The notes under the pieces were generated by a model that did not search any database, had not been told where the DNA came from, and was given only the letters and a program-made list of their open reading frames with translations. 64,000 bases of DNA from Nannocystis pusilla (GTDB lineage Bacteria > Myxococcota_A > Polyangia > Nannocystales > Nannocystaceae), in assembly GCF_049337375.1 (NCBI RefSeq), contig NZ_JBMPIV010000001.1; one strand, 5' to 3'. A program made the position numbers and the translations under genes. This document shows positions 32,615 through 41,957 of this stretch, one piece after another; within the stretch, counting starts at the first letter, position 1; each line of letters opens with the position of its first letter.

Positions 32615-33019
32615 TCAGACGCGGTGGGGCATGACGACGCGGATCCGCAAAGCGCCCGAGTCGTCGCGGCGGAGGGCGTAGGTCGAGCGCTCGAGGCCGA
32701 CCTCGCGGCCGTCGCGGTCGATGTAGGGCCAGGCCACGCGGACGAGGACCACGCGGTCGCCGACCCACTCGCGCGACTCGACCTCGGGGCGCGTCATCGT
32801 CACGCCGCGCTCGAGGTACTGCGCCCGCGCGCCGGCGAAGAAGCGCTCGATCTCCTCGCGCCGGGCGACGGCCTGCGCCCCGGAGTCCGCCAGCACGAAG
32901 GCCGGGGTCTCGTACAGCGTCGCCACCGTGAGGGCGTCGCCTTCCACCAGCGCGCGCCCGAGGAGGTGCAAGAACGCGTCGACCTCGCGGTCACGCTCGG
33001 GGTTCGTCGGTGCCGTCAT
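32615..33019 (-). CDS. hypothetical protein (about 134 aa)
   Basis: C-terminal part of ORF 32615-33352, starting at MTAPTNPERD. The upstream ORF portion is Arg/Ala-rich, not coding-like. Confidence 0.5.
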   Translation of the reverse strand: MTAPTNPERDREVDAFLHLLGRALVEGDALTVATLYETPAFVLADSGAQAVARREEIERFFAGARAQYLERGVTMTRPEVESREWVGDRVVLVRVAWPYIDRDGREVGLERSTYALRRDDSGALRIRVVMPHRV

Positions 33020-33246
33020 GCTCGAGGCATTGAGTGGGCCGCCGGACAGGGCAAGCGGCCGCTGGCTCGCACGCCGGCGAGAGCGGCGGTCGGGGCCCGA
33101 GGAGCGGGTTTCGCGGCGCTGAGCGCAAGAGGCGCGACCGGCCCGGCGAGCGTGGCGCAGGGGCTTGGGGGCGGCATCGGGCGCTGCGGACAGGTGACCG
33201 CCAGCGGCCGCGGCTGGCGGGGCGGCGAGCGAAGCGGGGCGGTTCA

Positions 33247-33372
33247 CAAGGACATGTCTCTTGGAATATGTGCTCGAGGACAGACCATGTCGGGAGCCCG
33301 GCCGCGCGCGTGGAACGGGGCAAGCGCGCGGCGATCGTCGAGATATGCGCAAGGACAGGCCATGACGGGAGC
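33247..33372. repeat. degenerate CATG-core repeat clusters (aaggacatgtctcttggaatatgtgctcgaggacagaccatgtcggg ... gatatgcgcaaggacaggccatgacggg)
   Basis: Seen in sequence. Confidence 0.5.
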
Positions 33373-33530
33373 CCGGCTGCGCGCGGGGAGCGGGGCCGCG
33401 ACGGTCGAATCGGGCGGGGTTACTCTCGCGGTGTCGGCTCGCGGGTTCATGCCGGGCCAGACGGCGACGACGCGATCAGCCGCGTCAGCGACGAACCGCG
33501 CGGCCGAGGCCGGGATGGTGACGGCGGAGC

Positions 33531-35114
33531 TCAGCGCGGCTCGTCGTCGGGGCAGACGAAGCGCTCGAAGCGGCGGGCGAGCACCGAGTCGGGCAGGCGC
33601 GCGGCCAGGCGCTGGGCGGCGGCCGCGGCGTCGGCGAGGCGGCCTTGCAGGCACAGGAGCTCGACCCCGGCGGCCTCGCGGGCGTCGAGGAGGGCGCCGC
33701 TCGGGAACTGGCGCGCGTGGGCGTCGAGGAGCTGGGCGGCGCCCGCCGGGTCGCGGGCGTCGAGGCGGGCGCGGGCGCGGTCGAGGAGGCCGACCTCGCG
33801 GGCGAGGTCGTCGCGGGCGGGCGAGCGCGCGGATGTCTCTCGGGACAGCAGCTGATCGTAGGCCGGGCGGGTGAGGGAAGCGGGGGAGGCTGTCCTCGGG
33901 GATAGGTCGGGCGCGGGGCTCGGCGACAGGGGGGCGGTCGCGCGGGTCCACAGGTCGGCGATCTGCGCGCGCAGGTGGGCGAACGAGAACGGGGAGGTGG
34001 GGAGCTGGAGCGCGGCCGCGGGCGAGGCTGGCTCTCGGGACATGTCGGCGGTCACCGGGGAGGCTGGCTCTCGGGACATGTCGGAGGTCACCCGGGATGC
34101 TGGCTCTCGGGACATGTCGGAGATCGGTCGATGGACTGTCTTTCGAGACATGTCCTCGCGCGAGGGATAGGCTGTCTCTCGGGTCGCGTCGGAGGGCCGG
34201 AGAGAGGCTGTCTCTCGAGACGCGCCGGAAGACCGGGGAGAAGCTGTCTCGCGGGACACGTCCGAGGGCCGGGGAGAGGCTGTCTCTCGGGCCGCGTCGA
34301 CGGGCCGGGGAGAGGCTGTCTCGCGGGACATGCCGCCGGTCGCGCGGGCGCTGGCTGTCCTCGCGGACAGGTCCTCGACCTGGGCGGCGGCCCGGCCCGG
34401 GGCCTGGCGGGGGGCGACCGCGACGACGGTGGTCGCGCCGGCGACGACGAGGGTGGTCATGACGCCGGCGCGCGCGGTCGTCCATGCGGCGGCGATCGTG
34501 GCGAGCTTGCCGGGGCCGAACAGCGGGACCATCACGGCCCAGGTGCGCGAGGCGGCGCCTTCCGGGGGGGCCTCGCGGCGGCGGGTTTCGGCGACCTCGG
34601 CGGCCAGCAGCTCGGGGCTGGCGGCCAGCTCGAGCAGGCGGGCGCGCGCGAGCCGGAGCCGCGAGTAGACGGTGTTGAGCGGCAGCTCGAGCTCGGCGGC
34701 GATCTCGGGGCCGCTCATGCCGAGCAGCTCGGTCAGCTCCCACACCTCGCGGGTGCCGCGAGGCAGGCCGGCGAGCAGGCGCTCGAGCAGGCGGGCGGCG
34801 TCGTGGCGCTCCTGCGGGGCCTCGCCGACGTGGCCGGTGAGGTCGCCGAGGGCGGCGATCCGGCGGGTCCGGCGGGCGACGCCGCGGTGCCAGTGCGAGG
34901 CGACGCGGCGGGTGACGCCGTACAGCCAGGCGCGCGCCGAGACCTGGTAGTGGACCTGGTCGAAGCGGCGGTAGGCGGTGAGGAAGACGTCCTGGACCAC
35001 GTCGTCGCGGGCGGCCGCGGGGACGCCGAAGTGCTTCGCGGCCGACCACACGAAGTGGAACTCGCGGTCGTAGATGGCGCGAAAACGCGCTTCCCGGTCG
35101 GTGGCGAGCAGCAT
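33531..35114 (-). CDS. ECF sigma-70 factor fused in-frame to a transmembrane anti-sigma-like C-terminal region carrying a 12-aa tandem repeat
   Basis: Start MLLATDREARFRAIYDREF. Sigma region 2 (DDVVQDVFLTAYRRFD) and region 4 (GLPRGTREVWELTELLGMSGPEIAAELELPLNTVYSRL). Then a TM segment (LATIAAAWTTARAGVMTTLVVAGATTVVAVA), about 8.5 copies of a 12-aa repeat (S/TRETASPRPSDA -> DMSREPASPVTA) and an Ala/Leu-rich C-terminal domain. Confidence 0.7.
   Translation of the reverse strand: MLLATDREARFRAIYDREFHFVWSAAKHFGVPAAARDDVVQDVFLTAYRRFDQVHYQVSARAWLYGVTRRVASHWHRGVARRTRRIAALGDLTGHVGEAPQERHDAARLLERLLAGLPRGTREVWELTELLGMSGPEIAAELELPLNTVYSRLRLARARLLELAASPELLAAEVAETRRREAPPEGAASRTWAVMVPLFGPGKLATIAAAWTTARAGVMTTLVVAGATTVVAVAPRQAPGRAAAQVEDLSARTASARATGGMSRETASPRPVDAARETASPRPSDVSRETASPRSSGASRETASLRPSDATRETAYPSREDMSRKTVHRPISDMSREPASRVTSDMSREPASPVTADMSREPASPAAALQLPTSPFSFAHLRAQIADLWTRATAPLSPSPAPDLSPRTASPASLTRPAYDQLLSRETSARSPARDDLAREVGLLDRARARLDARDPAGAAQLLDAHARQFPSGALLDAREAAGVELLCLQGRLADAAAAAQRLAARLPDSVLARRFERFVCPDDEPR
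34022..34335. repeat. 36-bp tandem repeat x about 8.5 inside the sigma/anti-sigma CDS (..ggctggctctcgggacatgtcggcggtcaccgggga..), each unit containing the gggacatgtc core
   Basis: Seen in sequence. Encodes the 12-aa peptide repeat. Confidence 0.85.
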
Positions 35115-35152
35115 GGGGCCGTGGGGGCTGTCCCCGGCCGAGACGGTTTCCG

Positions 35153-36229
35153 TCACCGCGGGTCTCCGAGGCGCAATTCGAGGCCGAGGAGCAGGCGCAG
35201 GCTCGCAGGCGCGCTGGTGAACAGGTTGACCGGCTCCGGGGTGTCCGCCAGGTCGAAGCTCGGGGCGGCCAGGCGGACGAGGCCCTGGGCGGCCAGGCTG
35301 AGGCCGAGGAGCCGGTGAAACCGCCAGGTGGCGCCGGCCGAGACGAGCACCGCCGCCCACAGGCCGGTGGCCGCCCGCGCGCCCGGACCGCGACCCTGGC
35401 CGCGCAGGCCGCCGAGCTCGGCGCCGCCGCACAGCGGGAACTCGAAGCGGCCGCGGGCCAGGCGAGCGCAGCCGCGGGCGCCGCCGCCGAGCAGGTAGAC
35501 GCGGACCTCGTTGGGCAGGCGCGCCTCGGTCTGCGGGACGAGGTGGACGCCGTGGAACTCGAGGCGAGCGCGGCGCCAGAGGACGCCGGCGACGAGCTCG
35601 AGCGCGGCGGTCGGCGCAGGGACGGTGCCGACCTCGAAGCCGGCCGAGAGACGGAGCAGCGCGCCAGGGCCTCGCTTGCGCGGGGGCGGGGCCGGGGCGA
35701 GCGGCTCGTCGGCGGTGAGGACGGCGGGCTCGGGCGCGGGCGCGGGCGACTGGACCGGGGCGACGGGGTCGTCGACGACGGCCTCGGGGGCGAGCGCGAC
35801 GGGCGGGGCGGGTTCGGGACCGGGGCTCGGCTCGGGAGGCGGGTCCGGCTCGGTCGGCGCGGGCTCGAGCTCCGGCTCGATCCGATCGGTCGACCGCTCG
35901 GCGGCGGTGGGATCGAGCGCGAGGGCGGTCAGGAGCGCGGCAGCGTCGACCAGGGCGGCGCAGCGGCGAGCGCTGAGGCGCCGGGTCTGGGCGTGGCCGC
36001 CGACGGTGAGGCGCAGGTCGAGGTGGTAGTGCGCGGCGGCGTCACGCTCGACCCGCCCGACCAGAGCGACCTCGTCGGGGGCGGGCTCGCGGCCGAGGCG
36101 GTCCGCGATCGCCCTGGCCAGCGCGCGGCGATCGGGGCAGCCCGCCGGCGCCTGCCACACGATCGCGCCCGCGGACGGGGGCTGGGGCACCTGGAACGCG
36201 AGCACTGCGGCGAGGAGCGCGGACGGCAT
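35153..36229 (-). CDS. hypothetical protein (about 358 aa) downstream of the di-haem peroxidase gene
   Basis: C-terminal part of ORF 35153-38125, starting at MPSALLAAVLAFQVPQPP. The remaining N-terminal part of that ORF is an alternative frame of the peroxidase gene. Confidence 0.5.
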   Translation of the reverse strand: MPSALLAAVLAFQVPQPPSAGAIVWQAPAGCPDRRALARAIADRLGREPAPDEVALVGRVERDAAAHYHLDLRLTVGGHAQTRRLSARRCAALVDAAALLTALALDPTAAERSTDRIEPELEPAPTEPDPPPEPSPGPEPAPPVALAPEAVVDDPVAPVQSPAPAPEPAVLTADEPLAPAPPPRKRGPGALLRLSAGFEVGTVPAPTAALELVAGVLWRRARLEFHGVHLVPQTEARLPNEVRVYLLGGGARGCARLARGRFEFPLCGGAELGGLRGQGRGPGARAATGLWAAVLVSAGATWRFHRLLGLSLAAQGLVRLAAPSFDLADTPEPVNLFTSAPASLRLLLGLELRLGDPR

Positions 36230-36342
36230 CGTCGGACCGATCCATCCTAGCGCAGACCGGCGCGGGTCGGAGCCGTCCGCGCGCAGTGCGCTCCGGCCCG
36301 CCGCCGCGCGCGGTCGCCCGGCGGCAGGACGTCGTATGGCTG

Positions 36343-36386
36343 CGAAGACATGTCGTGAGAGACATGTCCTCGCAGCCATGCATGAT
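36343..36386. repeat. CATG-core repeat array (gaagacatgtcgtgagagacatgtcctcgcagccatgcatgatcc) adjacent to the peroxidase stop
   Basis: Seen in sequence. Confidence 0.7.
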
Positions 36387-36405
36387 CCGGGTCGCGGGTC
36401 GCGGA

Positions 36406-39006
36406 TCAGGGCGGGGGCAGGTCGTTGCCCTCGAGGTTGAGGAAGGTGCGGATCGGCTTCGGGCTGCCGGCGGCGCCGACGGCGGGGATCTCGAGGCCGT
36501 CTCCCTCGAGCAGATCCTCGTCGCTGCGGCCGTCGTCGGGCTTGTCGTCGTCGACGTCGTCGAGGCCGTTGGGGACGAACAGCTGCGGGTGGTCGAACGG
36601 GGCCCGCTGATAGACGACGTTCGGGTCGGTGAGCGACTGCAGGAACAGCACGAGGTCCTTGCGCTGCTGGTCGTCGAGGTCGAGGAAGGTGATGTCGGGG
36701 TCGAGCTCGCGGTTGCGGTGGAAGTCGCCGCCGCGGTTGTAGAACTCGACGACCTGCTCGAGGGTCGACATGCCGCCGTTGTGCATGTACGGGGCCGTGA
36801 GCTGGACGTTGCGCAGGGTCGGGGTCTTGAAGGCGCCGCCCACGGCGGTGCGCAGGCGCTCGATGAAGCGCTTGTTGGCGGCGTTGTTCTTCGGCTCGCC
36901 GGTCGGGGTCTCGAGCTTGTCCTTGCAGTCGGTCTTGTCCCTGAAGCCGCCGGGGAACAGCGGGCCGTCGACGACGATGTTCCACGGGACGGCGAAGCTG
37001 CACGGGTCGACCTCGAACGGGTCGGGCGCGTCCTTGCCGAGCAGCATCTGCACGTACTGCTCGGTGAACGACAGCGGAAAGCCGAACGGGTCCTCGCCGC
37101 CGACGCCGATGTCCTCGGCGGTCGGCCGCACGCCGATGTTGTAGAAGCCGTTGTCGTAGAGGGCCGGCTGGCGCAGCTCGACGAGGGTGCTGGGACCCTG
37201 GCCGACGAAGGCGAGGGTGCCCTCGTCGTCGTAGACGAGGACGAAGTCGAGCCAGGCGTTGGCGACCTTGACGTCGTCGAGCACGGAGATCCGCAGCGCC
37301 GAGGGGCAACCGCTGCCGCCGACCCGCTCGGCGTCGATGCGGGCGTCGCGGGTGGCGGAGTCGTCGACGCCGAAGGTCATGGTCCCGGGCTTGTAGGTGC
37401 AGCTGGCGTCGTCGTCGACCTTGCTGAGGACGATCTGGCCGACGGCCTTGCCGGGGACGATGTCGTCCTTCTTGGCGGTGGGGGTGGCCTCGACGTCGAT
37501 CGAGAGGCTGCGCTGGCCCTTGCCGGGCTTCCACTGCGAGAACGGCAGGACCTTGAAGGGCGGGTTGGTGCGCACGCCGTAGTGATAGTGCTCCTCGGTC
37601 ATCAGCATGCGCTCGACCAGGCCGTCCTCCTCCTCCTCGTCGATGAGGTGCAGGGTCGAGGCGCCGGTGAACATGGCGGTCTTGTGGCAATTGACGCACT
37701 TGCCCTGGTTGAGGAAGACGTCGAAGCCGGCGAGCTCGCGCTTGCCGAGCGCCTTGGGGTCGCGGCCGTCGCGGTACTTGTCGAACGGGCTGTCGTCGGA
37801 GACGAGGGTGCGCTCGTAGGCCTGGATGGCGAGGCCCCAGAACAGGCTGAAGTTGATCTCCATGAGGCTGAAGCGCTGGTCGGCCGGGACGGAGTTCGGG
37901 TTCTTGAGCAGGTTCTTGTCGGCGTCGAACCATTGATCCGACTGCCACAGCTTGGCGGCGAAGGCGGTCTCGATCAGCTTCTTGTAAGTGGTCTCCAGGC
38001 CCTTGTTCGGGGCCGCCAGCGGGCCGAGCACGGAATCGTCGGGGTGGACCTTCTGGAACGCGAGCGGGACCGTGGGCGCGCGCACCAGCTTGCGGCCGAC
38101 GTCGGGCAGCGTCCGCCCCTGGCACGATGCCTCGAACGGGCTGAGCACCGGACCGACGGCCTGCGAGGCGAGCGAGCCGTTGACGATCTCGAGCTTGCGC
38201 TCGACCGGCTTGCCGCCCTTGACCTCGAGGATGAAGGCGTCCTTGTTGCGCCGGCCGAACGGGTCGACGCCGTTGAACCAGCGGTTGGCCCGGCCGTCCC
38301 AGAAGTTGCGGAAGTTGAAGGCGGCGTTGATCACGGTCGGGGCGTTGCGCGGCTCGACCCGCCGCACGTTGATGCCGTCGACCTGAAACGGCGGGTCCGG
38401 GACGGTCTCACACTTGTCGTCGAGCGCGCCCGGCTTGACCGCCTCGAAGTCGGCGCGCCGGACGCCCTGCGAGGAGGTGACGTCGTCGGTGTCGAAGAGG
38501 ACCTTCGAATCGCGGTCCTTGGGGTCCTTCAAGACGTGAAATGGATAGTCGCCGGCGACGAGCTGCAAATTGGGCCCCTGGCCGCCGGTCCGGGTCGGAT
38601 CGAACTCGCCGTTGCCGCCGAGCAGGCCCGGCGACAGCTGATTGCGCGAGCGGTTGTCGGCGCCGGCGGCGAAGTGACAGCTGGCACAAGCCTGGCCGTC
38701 GCTGCCGCTCTGCATGTCCCAAAACAGGGCCTTGCCGAGCGCGATCGCGGCGTCGTTGTCGACGATAAGGTCGGGCTCGACGGGCTTGCCGGTGATCCTG
38801 TCGAACAGCGGCGGGAGCTTCTCCTTGGCCAGAGAGCCGGGTATGCCGTCGTCCGGGGTGTCCGGCTCGGCCGGCGGCGAGCCGGGACCGGGGGCCCCGT
38901 CGCCGTTCCAGGTGAAGACGAAATCGCATGCCGTCGTCGCCAAGGCGCCGAACCCTATGCCCATGCATGCGAGCGTGGAGAACCATCCACACAGACGATT
39001 ACGCAT
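36406..39006 (-). CDS. di-haem cytochrome c peroxidase (CCP/MauG) family lipoprotein, unusually large (866 aa)
   Basis: LATTAC lipobox. Two CxxCH haem motifs (CASCH, CVNCH) and the conserved C-terminal ..PTLRNVQLTAPYMHNGGMSTLEQVVEFY.. region of the CCP family. Confidence 0.8.
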   Translation of the reverse strand: MRNRLCGWFSTLACMGIGFGALATTACDFVFTWNGDGAPGPGSPPAEPDTPDDGIPGSLAKEKLPPLFDRITGKPVEPDLIVDNDAAIALGKALFWDMQSGSDGQACASCHFAAGADNRSRNQLSPGLLGGNGEFDPTRTGGQGPNLQLVAGDYPFHVLKDPKDRDSKVLFDTDDVTSSQGVRRADFEAVKPGALDDKCETVPDPPFQVDGINVRRVEPRNAPTVINAAFNFRNFWDGRANRWFNGVDPFGRRNKDAFILEVKGGKPVERKLEIVNGSLASQAVGPVLSPFEASCQGRTLPDVGRKLVRAPTVPLAFQKVHPDDSVLGPLAAPNKGLETTYKKLIETAFAAKLWQSDQWFDADKNLLKNPNSVPADQRFSLMEINFSLFWGLAIQAYERTLVSDDSPFDKYRDGRDPKALGKRELAGFDVFLNQGKCVNCHKTAMFTGASTLHLIDEEEEDGLVERMLMTEEHYHYGVRTNPPFKVLPFSQWKPGKGQRSLSIDVEATPTAKKDDIVPGKAVGQIVLSKVDDDASCTYKPGTMTFGVDDSATRDARIDAERVGGSGCPSALRISVLDDVKVANAWLDFVLVYDDEGTLAFVGQGPSTLVELRQPALYDNGFYNIGVRPTAEDIGVGGEDPFGFPLSFTEQYVQMLLGKDAPDPFEVDPCSFAVPWNIVVDGPLFPGGFRDKTDCKDKLETPTGEPKNNAANKRFIERLRTAVGGAFKTPTLRNVQLTAPYMHNGGMSTLEQVVEFYNRGGDFHRNRELDPDITFLDLDDQQRKDLVLFLQSLTDPNVVYQRAPFDHPQLFVPNGLDDVDDDKPDDGRSDEDLLEGDGLEIPAVGAAGSPKPIRTFLNLEGNDLPPP

Positions 39007-39471
39007 GCTCCGTTCATTCGCGGCGACCGCGGCGAAAGCTGTGATCGCGGCGATGTCGGCTCGGGTCGCCGCGGGTGCCGCCGCAAGAACGGCGTATCGA
39101 GTGCCCTCGCGCCCGCCCGACAGAGGGTCAATTGGGACTGCGGCTCCGGCGCCGGAAGGGAACGGTGAATTCGCGGGAAATCAGGCGTTCCGGGCCGATT
39201 CGGGCGCAAGGGAGAGGGCAGTGTCACGACGCCCGGGCGCGTCGTTGGGCGTGGGTTCGGGGGAAACCCTATCGTAGGAGAACGTGGCTCGCTGCACACG
39301 CCGCACCGTCGATGGTGCGAGCAATCGATCCGAGCGCCGTTCGGGGGCCACCGGCAATGGTGGTACGCCCGTCGGCGCAGACAATTCGCGGCGTGCTCGC
39401 GCGAATGTTACGTCTCAAGGGACGGGTTTTTCGGGACAGGTCCAGGCCGGCCAGCCGATGGCGTTGCGAGG

Positions 39472-39792
39472 TCAGCGGCGCCGGGCGGCGCGCGGACGCC
39501 ATTGATAGGCGCCGAGGTCGATGCGGCCGCCGTCGCCGAACTCGACGCCCTCGGCGACGAGCAGCGCGCGCTGGCGGTCGCCGGAGGGGCCGGACAGGCT
39601 GATCTCGCCGCGGGCGTTGAGGACCCGCTGCCACGGCACGGGGCTGCCGCCGGGCAAGGCGTGGAGCGCGTAGCCGATCTGGCGGGCGCGCCCGGGCAGG
39701 CCGGCGAGCTCGGCGATCTGCCCGTAGGTGGCGACGCGGCCGCGAGGGATCCGCTGGATGGTGGCGTAGATCCGGGCGTAGTCGGGGTGCAT
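39472..39792 (-). CDS. MGMT-family protein (methylated-DNA-protein-cysteine methyltransferase DNA-binding domain-like)
   Basis: ..IPRGRVATYGQIAELAG..PWQRVLNARG.. matches the MGMT winged-helix domain. The catalytic PCHRV motif is degenerate (PWQRV), so the protein may be non-catalytic. Confidence 0.7.
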   Translation of the reverse strand: MHPDYARIYATIQRIPRGRVATYGQIAELAGLPGRARQIGYALHALPGGSPVPWQRVLNARGEISLSGPSGDRQRALLVAEGVEFGDGGRIDLGAYQWRPRAARRR

Positions 39793-39793
39793 G

Positions 39794-40963
39794 TCAGCTG
39801 CGGCCGGCGAGGGCGACCACGCGGTCCATCAGGCGCTCGACCTCGGCCTCGGTGTTGTAGAAGTGCGGGCCGAGCCGGAGGCCGCAGTTGGGCCGCCAGT
39901 CGAGCTTGTAGCGCTCCTCGATGAGCTGCTTGCTGGCGTCCTCGCTGCCCTCGAAGTCGACGGCGACGAAGCCGGTGCGGCGCTCGTGGTCGAGCGGCGA
40001 GTGGACGACGAGGCCGGCGTCGTGCGCCCGGTCGATGATGCGCTGGCAGAGGGCGAGGTTGTGGGCCCGGATCCGCTCGACGCCGATCTCGTGCAGGTTC
40101 TTGTAGGCGGCGAGGGCGACGTAATAGGCGGGGATCGAGGGGGTGCCGGCGAGGAAGTGGCGGTGGTCGCTGGCGAAGCGGATCGGCGGCGGCTCGAAGG
40201 CGAACGGGTCCTGGTGGCCCATCCAGCCGGTGAGGCGCGGCCGCAGGCGCTCGCGCAGCTCGGGCTTCATCCACATGAAGGCGGTGCCAGGCCCGCCGCA
40301 CAGCCACTTGTGGCTGCCGCCGACGACGATGTCGGCGTCCCACTCGGCGACGTCGATCGGGACGGCGCCGGCGGTCTGATAGACGTCGACCATGACGAGC
40401 GCGCCGACCTCGTGGGCCCGGCGCGTGATCGCGGTGATGTCCTGCAGCGCGCCCGAGACGTAGATGCCGTGCGACAGCGGGACGATCGCGGTCCGCTCGT
40501 CGATCGCCTCGAGCATGCGCTCGGTCGGGATCGTCATGCCGTCGTCCGAAGGCACCTGCACGAGCTCGGCCCCGAGGTCGCCGAAGCGCTCCCACACGTA
40601 GAGGACGTTGGGGAACTGCAGCGACTCGACGACGACGCGGCTTTTGCCGCGCGAATAGTCCAGGCAGGAGGCGATGGCGGCCTGGAAGTAGGCGACGTTC
40701 TGGTTGAGGATCGTCTGCCCCGGCGGCGCCTTTAAAAAACGCGCGGCGCTGTCGGCGGTGTCGCGCATGACGTCGAGCCAGTGCGGCCACACCTCGACGC
40801 CCTCGCTGGCCCAGTCGTCGGCGTACTTCTGCAGCATCTCGGCGGCCTGCCGCGGCATGGCGCCCATGCTGTTGCTGTTCATGTAGGTCGAGTGGGCGAG
40901 GATCGGGTAGTCGTCGCGGTAGCGGGCCAGCTGCGGCTGGAGTTCGGGAAGGATCGGGGTCAC
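39794..40963 (-). CDS. aminotransferase class V-fold PLP-dependent enzyme (kynureninase / cysteine-desulfurase-like)
   Basis: Fold-type I class V features (..GGSHKWLCGGPG.. region, ..MVDVYQTAGAVPID..). Proposed GTG start overlaps the stop of the upstream gene (GTGA). Confidence 0.7.
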   Translation of the reverse strand: MTPILPELQPQLARYRDDYPILAHSTYMNSNSMGAMPRQAAEMLQKYADDWASEGVEVWPHWLDVMRDTADSAARFLKAPPGQTILNQNVAYFQAAIASCLDYSRGKSRVVVESLQFPNVLYVWERFGDLGAELVQVPSDDGMTIPTERMLEAIDERTAIVPLSHGIYVSGALQDITAITRRAHEVGALVMVDVYQTAGAVPIDVAEWDADIVVGGSHKWLCGGPGTAFMWMKPELRERLRPRLTGWMGHQDPFAFEPPPIRFASDHRHFLAGTPSIPAYYVALAAYKNLHEIGVERIRAHNLALCQRIIDRAHDAGLVVHSPLDHERRTGFVAVDFEGSEDASKQLIEERYKLDWRPNCGLRLGPHFYNTEAEVERLMDRVVALAGRS

Positions 40964-41952
40964 GGGGCGGTCCTCTGGGTCGCGTGGATGTCGTAGGGGC
41001 GGAACTCTTGCCGGCTGGTGCGGCGGCCGTTCATGTCGGCGAGCTCGCGCTTGCTGAAGGCGTTGGGGCCGGACCGCGGCAGCTGGCGGCGCACGAACGT
41101 CTCGATGATCCGGCGCGCCTGCTCGGCGACGTCGGCGCGGGTGCGATCGATCTCCGACATCGCCTCTTCGGGGATCTCGCCGGCGAACTCGACGCGGTAG
41201 GTCTCGTCGCACTCGTCCCAGCGCTGAAACAGCAGCTCGCGCTTCTTCGCCGGGTCGCCGGCGGCGTTCCACAGCTCGAACAGCTCGCGCTCGAGCGTGC
41301 CGAGGCGGTAGGTCAGGGTCCGCAGGGTGAACTCGATCGCCATCTGCGTCCGGAGCTCGCGGGTGCGGTTCAGGAACTCGCGCTTGGCGGCCGCGTCGGT
41401 CTCGGGGCCGCCGAGCAGGTCCTGCAGCTTGACCAGCCACTCCGACGGGCCGGTGACGCCGAGGCCGGCCATGTTGATCTGGCGCAGGGCGGCCCGCGAG
41501 CCCTTGACCTTGTCGCCGTGCTGGTCGCGGTTCCAGCGGTCGCCGAAGCGCACGCTGCCGTCGGCGTTGAACACGGCGGTGAACCGCTTGCCGGCGTCGA
41601 CGTACATCATGGTGCCGTCGCGCTGGCGCTTGAGGCCGAGCGATCCGAGGCTGTCCTCCGAGACAGGTTTGAAAGCACCTGTCCCGTAGGTCCGCAGGGA
41701 CCGCGGCGAGGGGATCTTCGGCACCCCGCCGGGCGGCTCGGCGCGCGCGTTGCCCTCGGCCTCGACGGTCTCGGGCGCGGGCGCGGCGGGGATGGCCGGG
41801 CTCGCGGGCGCCGGCCTCGGGCCCTCCGGTTGGCCGCTCGCCGCGGCCGGGGCAGCCGACGGGCTCGCGGGCGCCGGGCCCTGCGGGGCCGGCGTCGAGG
41901 TCGCGGGCGGCGCGAGGCCGAGCGCCGCGACGAGCGCGAGCCAGGCGGCCAT
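40960..41952 (-). CDS. hypothetical secreted protein with Pro/Ala-rich N-terminal region
   Basis: C-terminal 330 aa of ORF 40960-42309, starting at MAAWLALVAALGLA (signal peptide). Confidence 0.55.
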   Translation of the reverse strand: MAAWLALVAALGLAPPATSTPAPQGPAPASPSAAPAAASGQPEGPRPAPASPAIPAAPAPETVEAEGNARAEPPGGVPKIPSPRSLRTYGTGAFKPVSEDSLGSLGLKRQRDGTMMYVDAGKRFTAVFNADGSVRFGDRWNRDQHGDKVKGSRAALRQINMAGLGVTGPSEWLVKLQDLLGGPETDAAAKREFLNRTRELRTQMAIEFTLRTLTYRLGTLERELFELWNAAGDPAKKRELLFQRWDECDETYRVEFAGEIPEEAMSEIDRTRADVAEQARRIIETFVRRQLPRSGPNAFSKRELADMNGRRTSRQEFRPYDIHATQRTAP

Positions 41953-41957
41953 CTCGA

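Noticed and set aside
35153-38125. 990-aa ORF spanning the peroxidase gene region
   Set aside because: Only its last 358 codons (from MPSALLAAV at 36229) are coding-like. The upstream part is an alternative frame of the cytochrome c peroxidase gene 36406-39006.
39007-39471. Possible gene in the 465-bp spacer upstream of the peroxidase gene
   Set aside because: Lower-GC region with only short ORFs (38955-39299, 39181-39384) and no codon bias. Treated as a promoter/leader region.
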